Assembly: GCA_964482595.1 (NCBI GenBank)
Contig: CAYZYM010000002.1
Location: forward strand, 1-33,927
DNA from: an uncultured bacterium
GTDB taxonomy: Bacteria > Fidelibacterota > Marinisomatia > Marinisomatales > Marinisomataceae
Direction of reading: 5' to 3'
DNA length: 33,927 nt
Both the position numbers and the translations under genes were made by a program. Position 1 is the first letter of the stretch; every line of letters begins with the position of its first letter. Positions 1 through 10,043 of this stretch are shown piece after piece. Below the pieces are notes generated by a model. It saw only the letters and a program-made list of their open reading frames with translations, did no database searches and was not told the DNA's origin.

Positions 1-35
1 TTGAATTAGTTGAAGCCTTAAAAGAAAGAGATTAA
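1..35 (+). CDS. Possible 3' end of an upstream gene (partial; last 11 codons ...ELVEALKERD then TAA)
   Basis: The frame is open from the window edge to TAA at 33-35 and is convergent with the PBP1A gene. It is too short for any functional call. Confidence 0.2.
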   Translation, partial: ELVEALKERD

Positions 36-47
36 CCAACAATATTT

Positions 48-2132
48 CTAATTCGTTGGTCTATTGCTTTTAAAGAAAATTTCTTTTTCTGTATTTTTGC
101 TATTAGAACGAGGAAGTAGTTTTGTATCAGAATCTATTTCAGCTTCGATGACTCCTTCTGGCATTACAAAGTCTTCATCACGGATACCTAATTCTTTGTG
201 AGCTTCTCTCATAAAGCGTGCCCATGCTGGCAACGCTGCTGTGCTTCCTGATTGCTTGTCTCCTAAGCTGACAGAATAATCATCCATTCCATACCATACG
301 CCAGCAGAAATGTTAGGAGTGAATCCAACAAACCAAGCATCGCTAAATCCTTGAGTAGTTCCGGTTTTTCCAGCAGCTTTATGTCTAAATTTATACTTCC
401 ATCGCGCACTACCACCAGTTCCTTTATCAATGACAGTTTGCAATAAGTTAGTTACTACATAAGCTGTTTCAGGGCTCAAAACTTCTTGTTGTGTTATATT
501 AAATTCTTTAATGATCTGTCCATATTTATCTTCAATTTTTGTAATTGCAATTGGTTCAGAATAAATCCCTTTGTTAGAAAAAATTGAATAAGAAGCAACA
601 ATTTCCATTGGAGTGACTTCTGACACTCCTAATGCAATAGCATCAACAGCACGAATTGGAGATTTAATTTGCATTCGTCTTGCAATATTTCTCACTTGTT
701 GAGCAGGAACCAGTTCTTGCACCATACGAACAGAAATAAGATTTAATGATCTCCTTAGTCCTTCTCGTAAAGTGGTTAATCCTCCAGTGCTATTATCATA
801 ATTTCTTGGAGTCCATTTTTCTTTTTCTCCTCTTGCATTATTTCTGTATAAAGCGACAGGCTGATTAAGCAATTTAGTGGTAACAGGATAATTATTATCT
901 ACTGCAGCTGTATAAATAAAAGGTTTAAAAACAGAACCTGGTTGTCTCCTTGCTTGTGTTGCTCTATTATATTGATCAACATAATCAGATCTTCCACCAA
1001 TCATTGCTAATATTGCACCAGTTTTACTATCTAGAGCAATAAATGCACATTGGACAAGCAAGCTCTTTCGTAATTCCTCATATAATTGCATTTGACCATT
1101 TAACATCATTTTGGTTGAATCTTCTGGAAAGATTGATAAATAACCTAATTCTGAAAAACGATCTTCGTTTGCAAAAAGCTGACTATTAAATTCATCCTGA
1201 TTGTCACGCACTGTTTTCATTACCACATCTTCTGCAATCTTTTGCAAACTATAATCAAGAGTAGTATAAATTTTTAAACCATCTTGATAAATATTGATTC
1301 CTAATTCTTCATCTTGTTTTTCAAGTACTCTGCGAACATATTCAGTAAAATATGGAGCTTTACTTTTCGGTATTTCATAAAAAATATTATCAGGAATAAT
1401 ACTATTGTGTTCAATATACTCCTCGTGGGAAATATAATCTTGATTATACATCAATTTTAAAACGAGAGATCGTCTTTCAATTGATTTATCAAGATTTCTC
1501 AAAGGTGAATAGTTTGCAGGAGAAGGCAATAAACCAATAAGCATTGCTGATTCACCTATGGTTAATTCAGAAGCTTTCTTATTAAAATATCTTTTTGCAG
1601 CCGATTCAACCCCATAGGTTCCATGTCCAAAATGAACCGTATTCAAATACATCTCTAATATTTCTTCTTTTGTATATGTCTTTTCAATTTGGATTGCGGT
1701 AATAATTTCTTTTATTTTTCTTGTAACGCTATCCCTAAATCCAATTTCTTTATACAAATTTCTTGCTAGCTGTTGAGAAAGTGTACTAAATCCTTGTCTA
1801 AATTTCATTGCAACTACATTAACAGCAACCGCACGAAAAACACTTTGTAAGTCTACTCCCCAATGTTGATAAAATCGCTTGTCTTCCGATGAAATAGCCG
1901 CATTTTTTAAATATTCAGGCATATCCTCTAAATCAATAAAAGCTCTTTTTTGAATATAAAATTCACCAATTACTTCACCATTACGATCATAAATTGTTGA
2001 CAACATGGCTGGATCAAATGTTTCTAGACGTTCAAGAGATGGGAGGTCTCTCGAAAGATATATCAAATAGAATAATAATATTATAGATAGATAAAAGATG
2101 ATTTTAATAGAACGAAAAAAAGAGTTAATCAT
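48..2132 (-). CDS. mrcA: Bifunctional class A penicillin-binding protein (PBP1A; glycosyltransferase GT51 + transpeptidase)
   Basis: N-terminal TM anchor. GT51 motifs EDKRFYQHWGVD and RKIKE. Transpeptidase motifs SVFK (SxxK), SLN (SxN) and KTGTT (KTG). The ATG overlaps the fumC stop as ATGA (2129-2132). Confidence 0.93.
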   Translation of the reverse strand: MINSFFRSIKIIFYLSIILLFYLIYLSRDLPSLERLETFDPAMLSTIYDRNGEVIGEFYIQKRAFIDLEDMPEYLKNAAISSEDKRFYQHWGVDLQSVFRAVAVNVVAMKFRQGFSTLSQQLARNLYKEIGFRDSVTRKIKEIITAIQIEKTYTKEEILEMYLNTVHFGHGTYGVESAAKRYFNKKASELTIGESAMLIGLLPSPANYSPLRNLDKSIERRSLVLKLMYNQDYISHEEYIEHNSIIPDNIFYEIPKSKAPYFTEYVRRVLEKQDEELGINIYQDGLKIYTTLDYSLQKIAEDVVMKTVRDNQDEFNSQLFANEDRFSELGYLSIFPEDSTKMMLNGQMQLYEELRKSLLVQCAFIALDSKTGAILAMIGGRSDYVDQYNRATQARRQPGSVFKPFIYTAAVDNNYPVTTKLLNQPVALYRNNARGEKEKWTPRNYDNSTGGLTTLREGLRRSLNLISVRMVQELVPAQQVRNIARRMQIKSPIRAVDAIALGVSEVTPMEIVASYSIFSNKGIYSEPIAITKIEDKYGQIIKEFNITQQEVLSPETAYVVTNLLQTVIDKGTGGSARWKYKFRHKAAGKTGTTQGFSDAWFVGFTPNISAGVWYGMDDYSVSLGDKQSGSTAALPAWARFMREAHKELGIRDEDFVMPEGVIEAEIDSDTKLLPRSNSKNTEKEIFFKSNRPTN

Positions 2133-3529
2133 ACTTTTTTGGGCGATACCATTAATTTTGGCTTAACAATTTTGTCAAATTCTTTCTCAGATAAATATTT
2201 TAATTTGATTGCACTTTCTTTTAAGGAAATATTGTCTTGTAATGCTTTTTTTGCAATTTCTGCAGATTTTTCATATCCAATTTTTGGAACAAGTGCTGTT
2301 ACTAGCATCAGTGATTTACTCAAGTTTTCTGCGATTTTATCTTTGTTAGCAGATAAGCCTTCTAATGCATTTAATACAAAAGACTCTGATGCTTCACTTA
2401 ACAGAGAAATTGATTCATGAATATTAAATGCAATCAATGGCCTATAAGTATTTAATTCAAAATTTCCATTTGAACCAGAAAAAGCAATAGCTAAATCATT
2501 CCCAAGAATTTGTGCATGAACCATATTTACTGCTTCACATTGAGTAGGATTAACTTTCCCTGGCATAATAGAGCTACCTGGTTCGTTAGCAGGCAATTTT
2601 AACTCTCCAATTCCAGCCATTGGTCCGCTCGCAAGCCACTTAATATCATTTGCAATCTTATTTAAAGATCCAGAACAAATTTTAATTCTAGATGATAAAT
2701 CTGAAATAGCATTTTGAGATGATAAAAGTTCAAATTTGTTAGCACAAACTTTGAAATTAAATCCGGTTTCATCACTAATAGCTTTTGTCATCAATTTATC
2801 ATATCCATGAATTGTATTAATACCTGTGCCAACTGCAGTGCCACCTATTGGCAAATAAGCACATTCTTTAATAGTCTCTTCAATTCTTTTGATATCATTT
2901 GCAATCATAGATGCATAACCAGAAAATTCTTGTCCTAATGTAATAGGAGTTGCATCCTGTAAGTGTGTTCTTCCAACTTTAACAATTGATTTAAATTCTT
3001 TTTCTTTATTTTTCAATGCTGTTTTTAGCAAATCAAGGCTTGGTAATAAATTATTCTCTACATTGATAACAGAACCAACAAGAATTGCTGTAGGAAAAGT
3101 ATCATTAGTTGATTGAGACATATTTACATGGTCGTTTGGATGAATAAATTTATATTCTCCTAATTTCCCACCCAATAATTCATTCGCTTTGTTTGCAATA
3201 ACCTCATTAACATTCATATTTGTTTGAGTACCACTCCCACTTTGGAAAACAGACAAAGGAAACTGGTCTATAAATTGTTCAGGATTTTTTAAAATAACAT
3301 CACAAGTCTTTATAATCGCATTACTTAATTTTTTGGAAAGTCTCTTTTGAGCAGCATTAGAAATTGCGGCTGCTTTTTTAACAATAATTAAGGGAAGCAC
3401 TAAATTAAGATCCATTGCCCAACCAATTTCAAAGTTTTGAATAGCTCTTTGTGTTTGGGCGCCATAGTATGCTTTTGATGGAACCTTAATTGACCCTAAA
3501 CTATCTTTTTCTGTTCTAAATTTTTTCAT
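2129..3529 (-). CDS. fumC: Class II fumarate hydratase
   Basis: Fumarate-lyase signature GSSIMPGKVNPTQCEA. QSGSGTQTNMNVNEV and SLMLVTALVPKIGYEKSAEIAKKA are collinear with E. coli FumC as I recall it. I place the start at ATG 3529 (MKKFRTEKDSLG), which overlaps the korB TGA as ATGA. The ORF-track start at 3541 is a TTG extension. Confidence 0.92.
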   Translation of the reverse strand: MKKFRTEKDSLGSIKVPSKAYYGAQTQRAIQNFEIGWAMDLNLVLPLIIVKKAAAISNAAQKRLSKKLSNAIIKTCDVILKNPEQFIDQFPLSVFQSGSGTQTNMNVNEVIANKANELLGGKLGEYKFIHPNDHVNMSQSTNDTFPTAILVGSVINVENNLLPSLDLLKTALKNKEKEFKSIVKVGRTHLQDATPITLGQEFSGYASMIANDIKRIEETIKECAYLPIGGTAVGTGINTIHGYDKLMTKAISDETGFNFKVCANKFELLSSQNAISDLSSRIKICSGSLNKIANDIKWLASGPMAGIGELKLPANEPGSSIMPGKVNPTQCEAVNMVHAQILGNDLAIAFSGSNGNFELNTYRPLIAFNIHESISLLSEASESFVLNALEGLSANKDKIAENLSKSLMLVTALVPKIGYEKSAEIAKKALQDNISLKESAIKLKYLSEKEFDKIVKPKLMVSPKKV

Positions 3530-4542
3530 TTCACTTCCCAAGTATCGCCAGCATTTAGTAAATCATTAAGAGTTTTTTTACTTTTATCTTTCTTTTTAGC
3601 TTCTTTCATCTGCTCTTCCATCAAATCATTATAGGTTGCTCTTTCTTTACAATATAATACGCCTATTGGTTCCGGAAAAACATCATTTGCAGTGAAATTT
3701 GAAAGCATATCTGAAATAAATTTATCTTGTTCGTTATGAACCAGGATATCATCAATAGAATATTTCTTTCCAATGTCTACTACTTTTGGAGTTGTGCCAT
3801 CTAAATAAATCCCTTTGTTGTCCGTTGGTCCAAAAATCATTGGTTTTCCATTTTCAATTCGTAACAATTTTTCAGATTTTGTTTCTTTATCTGTTAATTC
3901 AGAAAAAGCACCATCATTAAAAATATTACAATTCTGATAAATCTCAATAAAAGAAGCTCCATTGTATTCATTCGCTCTTTTAATCATTTCTTGCAAATGT
4001 TTTAGTTCTCTATCAATAGTTTTTGCAACAAATCCTCCCTCAGCACCAAGAACTAATTTTGATGGATTAAATGGATAGTCTAATGAACCCATTGGCGTAG
4101 AATAGGTCACTTTTCCTTGTTCAGATGTTGGAGAATACTGTCCTTTTGTCAGCCCATAAATACGATTATTAAATAACATAATATTTAAATCAATATTTCT
4201 TCTCATCAAATGAATAATGTGATTCCCACCAATAGAAAAACCGTCACCGTCACCTGTAACAATCCATACTGATAAATCTGGATTTGCAACCTTTAACCCG
4301 CTCGCAATAGTTGGGGCTCTACCATGGATAGTATGAAATCCAAAGGTATCCATGTAGTAAGGGAATCTGCTTGAACAACCAATCCCGGATATAAACACTA
4401 CATCTTCCTTTTTGGTAGTAATCTCAGGAAAAACTTTTTGGGTTTGTGCAAGTATAGCATAATCCCCACATCCCGGACACCAGCGTACCGCCTGGTCAGA
4501 TTCAAAATCACTTTTTTTGAATATAGGGGCCTTATCACTCAT
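3526..4542 (-). CDS. korB: 2-oxoglutarate/2-oxoacid:ferredoxin oxidoreductase, beta (TPP-binding) subunit
   Basis: N-terminal WCPGCGDY motif, and the TPP-binding GDGD...N region (VTGDGDGFSIGGNH). Pairs with the fused gamma-alpha subunit upstream and overlaps korA by 8 nt. Substrate specificity cannot be fixed from sequence alone. Confidence 0.87.
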   Translation of the reverse strand: MSDKAPIFKKSDFESDQAVRWCPGCGDYAILAQTQKVFPEITTKKEDVVFISGIGCSSRFPYYMDTFGFHTIHGRAPTIASGLKVANPDLSVWIVTGDGDGFSIGGNHIIHLMRRNIDLNIMLFNNRIYGLTKGQYSPTSEQGKVTYSTPMGSLDYPFNPSKLVLGAEGGFVAKTIDRELKHLQEMIKRANEYNGASFIEIYQNCNIFNDGAFSELTDKETKSEKLLRIENGKPMIFGPTDNKGIYLDGTTPKVVDIGKKYSIDDILVHNEQDKFISDMLSNFTANDVFPEPIGVLYCKERATYNDLMEEQMKEAKKKDKSKKTLNDLLNAGDTWEVK

Positions 4543-6382
4543 TGATTAGCTCCTTTGCTTTCCCTACAATACTAGAAGGATTTAACGGTCTGCCTTTTAC
4601 TTCATTAAATCCAATCGCATCAATTAAAAATTCAGATCGAATAATTTTTCTAAATTGACCTGAATTAACTTCTGGAATTAAAACCTTCTTATAATTCTTA
4701 AAAATTTTCTTCAAATCTCGAGGCAATGGATTAATCCACTGAACTGAAACATGTCCAACCTTATATTTTTCTTTTACTAATTGCTCAGTTGCAGACTTGC
4801 AAGCTCCGTGTGTGCTACCCCAGCTAAGAATTAGTAAATCTCCTTTCTTTTTTCCATATACAGAAGTAGGATCTATTTCATTAGCAATATTTTGAATCTT
4901 CTGATATCTTACATCAGTCATTTCTTGATGGTTGTCAGGTTCATAATTTACATTTCCAGTAATATTTTGCTTTTCTATGCCTCCAATGCGGTGCTCTAAC
5001 CCTTTTGTGCCAGGAATAGCCCAACCTCTAGCTAATGTTTTTTTATCACGCTTGTAAGGCAAAAACTTTTCACCTGAAGTATTTTCTTTTTCAAAATTTG
5101 CAACAAACTCTTTTAAATCATCTGGATTTGGAATAAGCCATGGTTCTGATCCGTTAGCAAGATAGCCATCAGACAAAACTATAACAGGGGTCATATATTT
5201 TACAGCAACTCTACACGCTTCATAGATTGCAAAATAACAATCTCCTGGAGTTCCAGGAGCTATTACAGCGACTGGCGCCTCTCCGTTACGTCCATAAAGC
5301 GCTTGTAATAAATCAGATTGTTCAGTTTTTGTTGGAAGCCCAGTGCTAGGACCTCCTCTTTGAACATTAATCACAACTAATGGCAGTTCAGTGATAACAG
5401 CTAAACCTAAAAATTCTCCTTTTAAGGCAATGCCAGGACCAGACGATGCAGTGATACCAAGAGAACCTCCATAAGAAGCACCAAGTGCAATACCTATACC
5501 AGCAATTTCATCTTCCGCTTGAAAAGTTTTAATTCCAAAGTTTTTCCAATTAGATAAAGTATGTAAGATGTTACTAGCTGGAGTAATTGGATATCCAGCA
5601 AAAGCTATATTTAATTTACTTTTTTCTGCTGCTGTCAGAATGCCTAAGCAACCAGCTAATGTTCCATTTATATTTCTATATTTTCCAGAAGGCAAGTTAG
5701 CTTTTTCTACAACATAACGTGTTGTAATCTCTGCAGTTTCACCATAATTATATCCAGCATGGAGAGCTCTTGTGTTTGCATCAATAATTTCAGGTTTGGA
5801 TTTAAATTTTTGATTCAACCAATCAATAGTTGGCTCTAAAGGACGATCATACATCCAAAATAAAACTCCTAAAGCACAAAGATTTTTGGTTCTTTCAATA
5901 GTTTTTGAAGGCAAATCTAATTCTTCACAAGCATTAGTAACTAATTTGCTCATCTCGATATAATGCACAGAATAGTAATCATCAAGTGAAGCATCTTCAG
6001 TTGGATCAGATTCATAGCCTGCTAATTTTAAATTTTTTGCTGTAAATGCATTCTTATTAAGAATTAAAATTCCTCCTGGAATAAGCTCTTTAAGGTGCAC
6101 TTTTAATGCAGCAGGATTCATTGCAACTAATACATCTGGTCTTTCTCCCGGAGTATGAATTTCTTTAGAGCTAAAATGAATCTGAAAAGAACTAACTCCA
6201 GCTAAAGAACCAGCAGGTGCACGTATTTCAGCAGGAAAATCTGGTAAAGTGCTTAAATCATTACCAACAATGGCTGATGTTTGTGTAAACCTACCTCCGC
6301 TAAGCTGCATTCCATCGCCAGAATCGCCAGCAAAACGTATAGTGACTTCATCTAAAGTTTGTAATTTTATTTTCTTAGCCAT
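4535..6382 (-). CDS. korA: 2-oxoglutarate/2-oxoacid:ferredoxin oxidoreductase, alpha subunit (fused gamma+alpha domains)
   Basis: The N-terminal GDSGDGMQ motif of the gamma domain is followed by an alpha-domain core (AGYPITPAS, GGPSTGLPT). The 615-aa size is typical of two-subunit KorAB enzymes. Confidence 0.87.
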   Translation of the reverse strand: MAKKIKLQTLDEVTIRFAGDSGDGMQLSGGRFTQTSAIVGNDLSTLPDFPAEIRAPAGSLAGVSSFQIHFSSKEIHTPGERPDVLVAMNPAALKVHLKELIPGGILILNKNAFTAKNLKLAGYESDPTEDASLDDYYSVHYIEMSKLVTNACEELDLPSKTIERTKNLCALGVLFWMYDRPLEPTIDWLNQKFKSKPEIIDANTRALHAGYNYGETAEITTRYVVEKANLPSGKYRNINGTLAGCLGILTAAEKSKLNIAFAGYPITPASNILHTLSNWKNFGIKTFQAEDEIAGIGIALGASYGGSLGITASSGPGIALKGEFLGLAVITELPLVVINVQRGGPSTGLPTKTEQSDLLQALYGRNGEAPVAVIAPGTPGDCYFAIYEACRVAVKYMTPVIVLSDGYLANGSEPWLIPNPDDLKEFVANFEKENTSGEKFLPYKRDKKTLARGWAIPGTKGLEHRIGGIEKQNITGNVNYEPDNHQEMTDVRYQKIQNIANEIDPTSVYGKKKGDLLILSWGSTHGACKSATEQLVKEKYKVGHVSVQWINPLPRDLKKIFKNYKKVLIPEVNSGQFRKIIRSEFLIDAIGFNEVKGRPLNPSSIVGKAKELINE

Positions 6383-6587
6383 TATCTTAAAACGATTATC
6401 AATTTACACTACGAAAATCAACTAAGCAATCAGTATAGAATCGATTAATGCGGGTGGAGGTTTGACTAGACATATTAACTGTAAACTTTCTCATCAAAAG
6501 GGAAAAACGATATCGCTAAAACTCTGTGGTATTTTATTACAACTATATTAGGTTTTTTGTTATAATTACGATAGTATATGGTAAGAA

Positions 6588-6609
6588 CTATTTATTGCTA
6601 AATAAATAG
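6588..6609. promoter_or_regulatory. 9-bp perfect inverted repeat (CTATTTATT-gcta-AATAAATAG) 41-62 nt upstream of sufB; candidate operator
   Basis: Read directly from the sequence: arms at 6588-6596 and 6601-6609. It lies in the 267-nt divergent korA/sufB intergenic region. AT-rich palindromes can arise by chance in this genome. Confidence 0.25.
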
Positions 6610-6649
6610 CAAATAATAATGTAATTAGATAAATTTTCGCCTACTAGAA

Positions 6650-8095
6650 ATGAGTGACAAAAACCAACAAATAATTGATAAGAATTTAGACCAAGAGTAT
6701 AAATATGGTTTTACCACAGATGTGGAACAAATTAAGTTTGAACCTGGACTAAACGAAGAAGTGATCAAAAAATTGTCCAATATAAAAAAAGAGCCAAAAT
6801 GGTTACTAGATTGGAGATTAAAGGCATATAAAAATTGGCAAAAAATGAAAGAGCCAAAATGGGCGAATATCAATTATAAACCAATAGATTATCAAGCATT
6901 AAGCTATTATGCTGCACCAAAGAAAAAAAGTAAAAAGAGTCTTGATGAAGTAGACCCAGAAATATTAGAAACATATAATAAACTTGGTATTTCACTAGAC
7001 GAACAGAAAAAATTAGAAGGTGTTGCAGTCGATGCAGTCTTTGATAGTGTTTCAGTAGCAACAACTTTTAAAGATGAATTAGCAAAACATGGAGTAATAT
7101 TTTGTTCTTTCTCTGAAGCAGTGCAAGAACATCCTGATTTAATAAAAAAATACCTCGGGTCAGTCATTCCTTATACCGATAACTATTTTGCTGCACTAAA
7201 CTCAGCAGTATTTAGTGATGGTTCTTTTGTCTATATACCAAAAAATGTTAAATGTCCTCTTGAACTTTCAACATACTTCAGAATTAATGCATCTAATACT
7301 GGACAATTTGAAAGAACATTGATAATTGCTGATAAAGGAAGTGAGGTCAGTTATCTTGAAGGATGCACAGCACCTATGAGAGATGAGAACCAACTACATG
7401 CTGCATGCGTAGAATTAATTGCACATGAAGATTCAACAATTAAATACTCAACAATACAAAATTGGTATTCAGGAAATGAGAAGGGTGAAGGAGGAATATA
7501 TAATTTTGTAACCAAGAGAGGAAAGTGCGCAGGTGATAGATCTAAAATTTCTTGGACACAAGTCGAAACAGGATCAGCAATAACATGGAAATATCCAAGT
7601 GTAATTATGCAAGGGGATGATAGTGTTGGTGAATTCTATTCAGTTGCCATCACAAAAAATAAACAACAAGCTGATACAGGCACAAAGATGATTCATATGG
7701 GGAAAAACACTAAAAGCACAATCATATCAAAAGGAATTTCTGCAGGAGAGGGACAAAATACATATCGTGGTGGTGTAAAAATATTAAAGAATGCGGACAA
7801 CGCACGTAATTTTTCTCAATGTGATTCAATTTTAATTGGAGATAAATGTGGAGCTCATACATTTCCATATATTGATGTAAAAAATCAAACCGCACAAATG
7901 GAACATGAAGCAACAACATCAAATATTGGTGAAGATCAACTGTTCTATTGCAATCAAAGAGGAATTAATTTAGATGATGCAGTGTCAATGATTGTCAATG
8001 GATTCTGTAAAGAAGTATTTGCAGAGTTGCCAATGGAATTTGCAGTAGAAGCAAAACAATTAATCGAAGTAACACTAGAAAACAGCGTAGGATAA
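6650..8095 (+). CDS. sufB: Fe-S cluster assembly scaffold protein SufB
   Basis: 481 aa, highly conserved SufB core ([36 protein letters not shown]), first gene of the suf operon. Confidence 0.95.
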   Translation: MSDKNQQIIDKNLDQEYKYGFTTDVEQIKFEPGLNEEVIKKLSNIKKEPKWLLDWRLKAYKNWQKMKEPKWANINYKPIDYQALSYYAAPKKKSKKSLDEVDPEILETYNKLGISLDEQKKLEGVAVDAVFDSVSVATTFKDELAKHGVIFCSFSEAVQEHPDLIKKYLGSVIPYTDNYFAALNSAVFSDGSFVYIPKNVKCPLELSTYFRINASNTGQFERTLIIADKGSEVSYLEGCTAPMRDENQLHAACVELIAHEDSTIKYSTIQNWYSGNEKGEGGIYNFVTKRGKCAGDRSKISWTQVETGSAITWKYPSVIMQGDDSVGEFYSVAITKNKQQADTGTKMIHMGKNTKSTIISKGISAGEGQNTYRGGVKILKNADNARNFSQCDSILIGDKCGAHTFPYIDVKNQTAQMEHEATTSNIGEDQLFYCNQRGINLDDAVSMIVNGFCKEVFAELPMEFAVEAKQLIEVTLENSVG

Positions 8096-8097
8096 AA

Positions 8098-8838
8098 ATG
8101 ATAAATATAAAAGATTTAAAAGTTTCTGTAGAAGAAAAAAAGATTCTAAAAGGAATCAATCTCGATATACCAGAGGGTGAAGTTCATGCAATTATGGGAA
8201 GGAACGGATCTGGAAAAAGCACTCTAGCAAATACATTAGCTGGAAATGAAAAATTTGAAGTTACCGATGGAACTATTCACATGAATGGTGTCGATATAAC
8301 TGAAATGAGCCCAGAAAATAGATCTTTAAATGGAATTTTTGTTTGTTTTCAATATCCTGTAGCTATTCCAGGGGTAAGTATGGCATATTTTTTAAGAGCA
8401 GCAATTAATGCACATCTAGAAAATCAAGGCAAAGAGGAAATGGATGCGCTAGAATTTTTAAATCAAGCAAAAGCAATATTAAAAAAACTAAATTTAGATG
8501 ATTCGTTTTTAAAAAGATCAATCAATGATGGGTTCTCAGGTGGAGAAAAGAAGAAAAGTGAAATTTTTCAATTACTTTCATTAAATCCAAAATTTGCTAT
8601 ACTTGATGAGACAGATTCAGGGCTAGATATTGATGCGTTAAAGATTGTAGCAGATGGGGTAAAAGAATTTAATGGAGATAAAAATTCAACATTAATTATT
8701 ACTCACTATGAACGATTGCTTGAATATATCAATCCAGATGTTGTCCATATCATGATTGATGGGAAAATAGTGAAATCAGGTGATATGAAATTAGCAAGAC
8801 AAGTAGAAGAAAAAGGCTATTCTTGGTTAGCAAAATAG
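8098..8838 (+). CDS. sufC: Fe-S cluster assembly ATPase SufC
   Basis: Walker A GRNGSGKST, ABC signature FSGGEKKK, Walker B AILDETDSGLD. 246 aa, starting 2 nt after sufB. Confidence 0.95.
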   Translation: MINIKDLKVSVEEKKILKGINLDIPEGEVHAIMGRNGSGKSTLANTLAGNEKFEVTDGTIHMNGVDITEMSPENRSLNGIFVCFQYPVAIPGVSMAYFLRAAINAHLENQGKEEMDALEFLNQAKAILKKLNLDDSFLKRSINDGFSGGEKKKSEIFQLLSLNPKFAILDETDSGLDIDALKIVADGVKEFNGDKNSTLIITHYERLLEYINPDVVHIMIDGKIVKSGDMKLARQVEEKGYSWLAK

Positions 8839-8858
8839 TTTAAAAAGGTATCTTAATC

Positions 8859-10043
8859 GTGAATGAAATCAAAAATAATAGCTATAATCAATTTAAAAGA
8901 TTAGGCTACCCTTCTAAAAAATTAGAGAATTGGAAATTTTCTAATAGTAGTCATTTGAAAAAATATGACACTATCATTTCAGATTCAGATATTGATATCA
9001 AACAATATTTAAAAACAAAAAATACATTATGTTTTGTAAATGGAATTTTTATAAAAGAATCTTTAGAAAATTGTGAATTTAAAAATGAAATATCAATTAG
9101 CAATACTATCGATATCAAAGAAAAAGATGTAATAACAATGTCAGAAAATTTTAACAACGAGGCACTATTTAATCTCGGAATCGCGAAATTCAATGAAGGA
9201 ATTTTTATTGACTTTAAAAAAGGAAATGATTCTCATATACAAATTAATATTGTAAATATTTATGATAAAAAATCAGAAAATATGTTTGTTCCGACATTTA
9301 ATATATTTAGGCTAAATAAGAAAAATAATATATCAATTTTTGAAAAAGATATTAACCATGGTTTTGATAGCTTTAACCTAAAAATAAATAAATTCATATG
9401 TGATGATGATTCAATTCTTAATCATAGCACGCTACATGCAGATAGCACAAAAAGCAATTCCTTGAGATACAATTATTACCAAGCGAATACTAATACTATC
9501 GTTAATATTGATAATTTTAATTGTGAATCATCCTTCAATAAAGACTTTATTGAAATTGATTTAGATAAATCAGGAGGAGAAGCAACAGTCAATGCACTTA
9601 ATCTTACTAAAGACAATGAACATGCAGATAATAACATATTAATTAATCACAAGTCAGAACACTGTAATAGCGCTCAAAATGTAAGAAATATTCTTCAGAA
9701 TAAATCAACATCTGTTTTCAATGGAAAAGTAATTGTATTTGATGGAGCACAAAAAACTGATTCTAATCAATCAAACAAAAATTTACTTTTATCAAAAGAA
9801 GCAACCGCTCATTCTAATCCACAATTAGAGATTTATGCAGATGATGTGCAATGTGGACACGGATCTACAACAGGTGCTTTAGATAAAAATAGTATTTTTT
9901 ATTTTCAATCAAGAGGAATTAACAAAGAAAATGCAACACAAATTCTTGTGAAAGCGTTTGCACATGCAGTCATTAAAACATTTTCGGATGAGAATATTAA
10001 AAATAGTGCACACGCTTATATTGATGAATGGATGAATGGATAA
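8859..10043 (+). CDS. sufD: Fe-S cluster assembly protein SufD
   Basis: Position after sufBC, and a C-terminal SufB/D beta-helix motif region (PQLEIYADDVQCGHGSTTGALD, FYFQSRGI). GTG start. The N-terminal two thirds are divergent. Confidence 0.85.
   Translation: MNEIKNNSYNQFKRLGYPSKKLENWKFSNSSHLKKYDTIISDSDIDIKQYLKTKNTLCFVNGIFIKESLENCEFKNEISISNTIDIKEKDVITMSENFNNEALFNLGIAKFNEGIFIDFKKGNDSHIQINIVNIYDKKSENMFVPTFNIFRLNKKNNISIFEKDINHGFDSFNLKINKFICDDDSILNHSTLHADSTKSNSLRYNYYQANTNTIVNIDNFNCESSFNKDFIEIDLDKSGGEATVNALNLTKDNEHADNNILINHKSEHCNSAQNVRNILQNKSTSVFNGKVIVFDGAQKTDSNQSNKNLLLSKEATAHSNPQLEIYADDVQCGHGSTTGALDKNSIFYFQSRGINKENATQILVKAFAHAVIKTFSDENIKNSAHAYIDEWMNG

Noticed and set aside
2139-2420. 93-aa plus-strand ORF antisense to the 3' end of fumC
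   Set aside because: It lies entirely inside a confidently identified gene on the other strand. Its composition (S/F/I/L-rich) is typical of the antisense of Lys/Glu-rich AT-rich coding DNA, and it has no recognisable motifs.
3530-3541. TTG-extended start for fumC (MGSE-MKKF...) given by the ORF track
   Set aside because: ATG 3529 gives the canonical FumC N-terminus and a clean ATGA junction with korB. The TTG extension would lie 16 nt inside korB.
6561-6566. Perfect TATAAT hexamer upstream of sufB as a sigma-70 -10 box
   Set aside because: Such hexamers are expected by chance at ~30% GC. The best -35 candidate (TTACAA, 18-nt spacer) is weak, and FCB-group promoters use a different consensus. 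It is mentioned within a finding but not called as a feature.
6625-7167. Minus-strand ORFs 6625-6873, 6870-7064 and 6907-7167 overlapping the start of sufB
   Set aside because: They are antisense to the highly conserved sufB, have low-complexity hydrophobic translations, and show no independent support.
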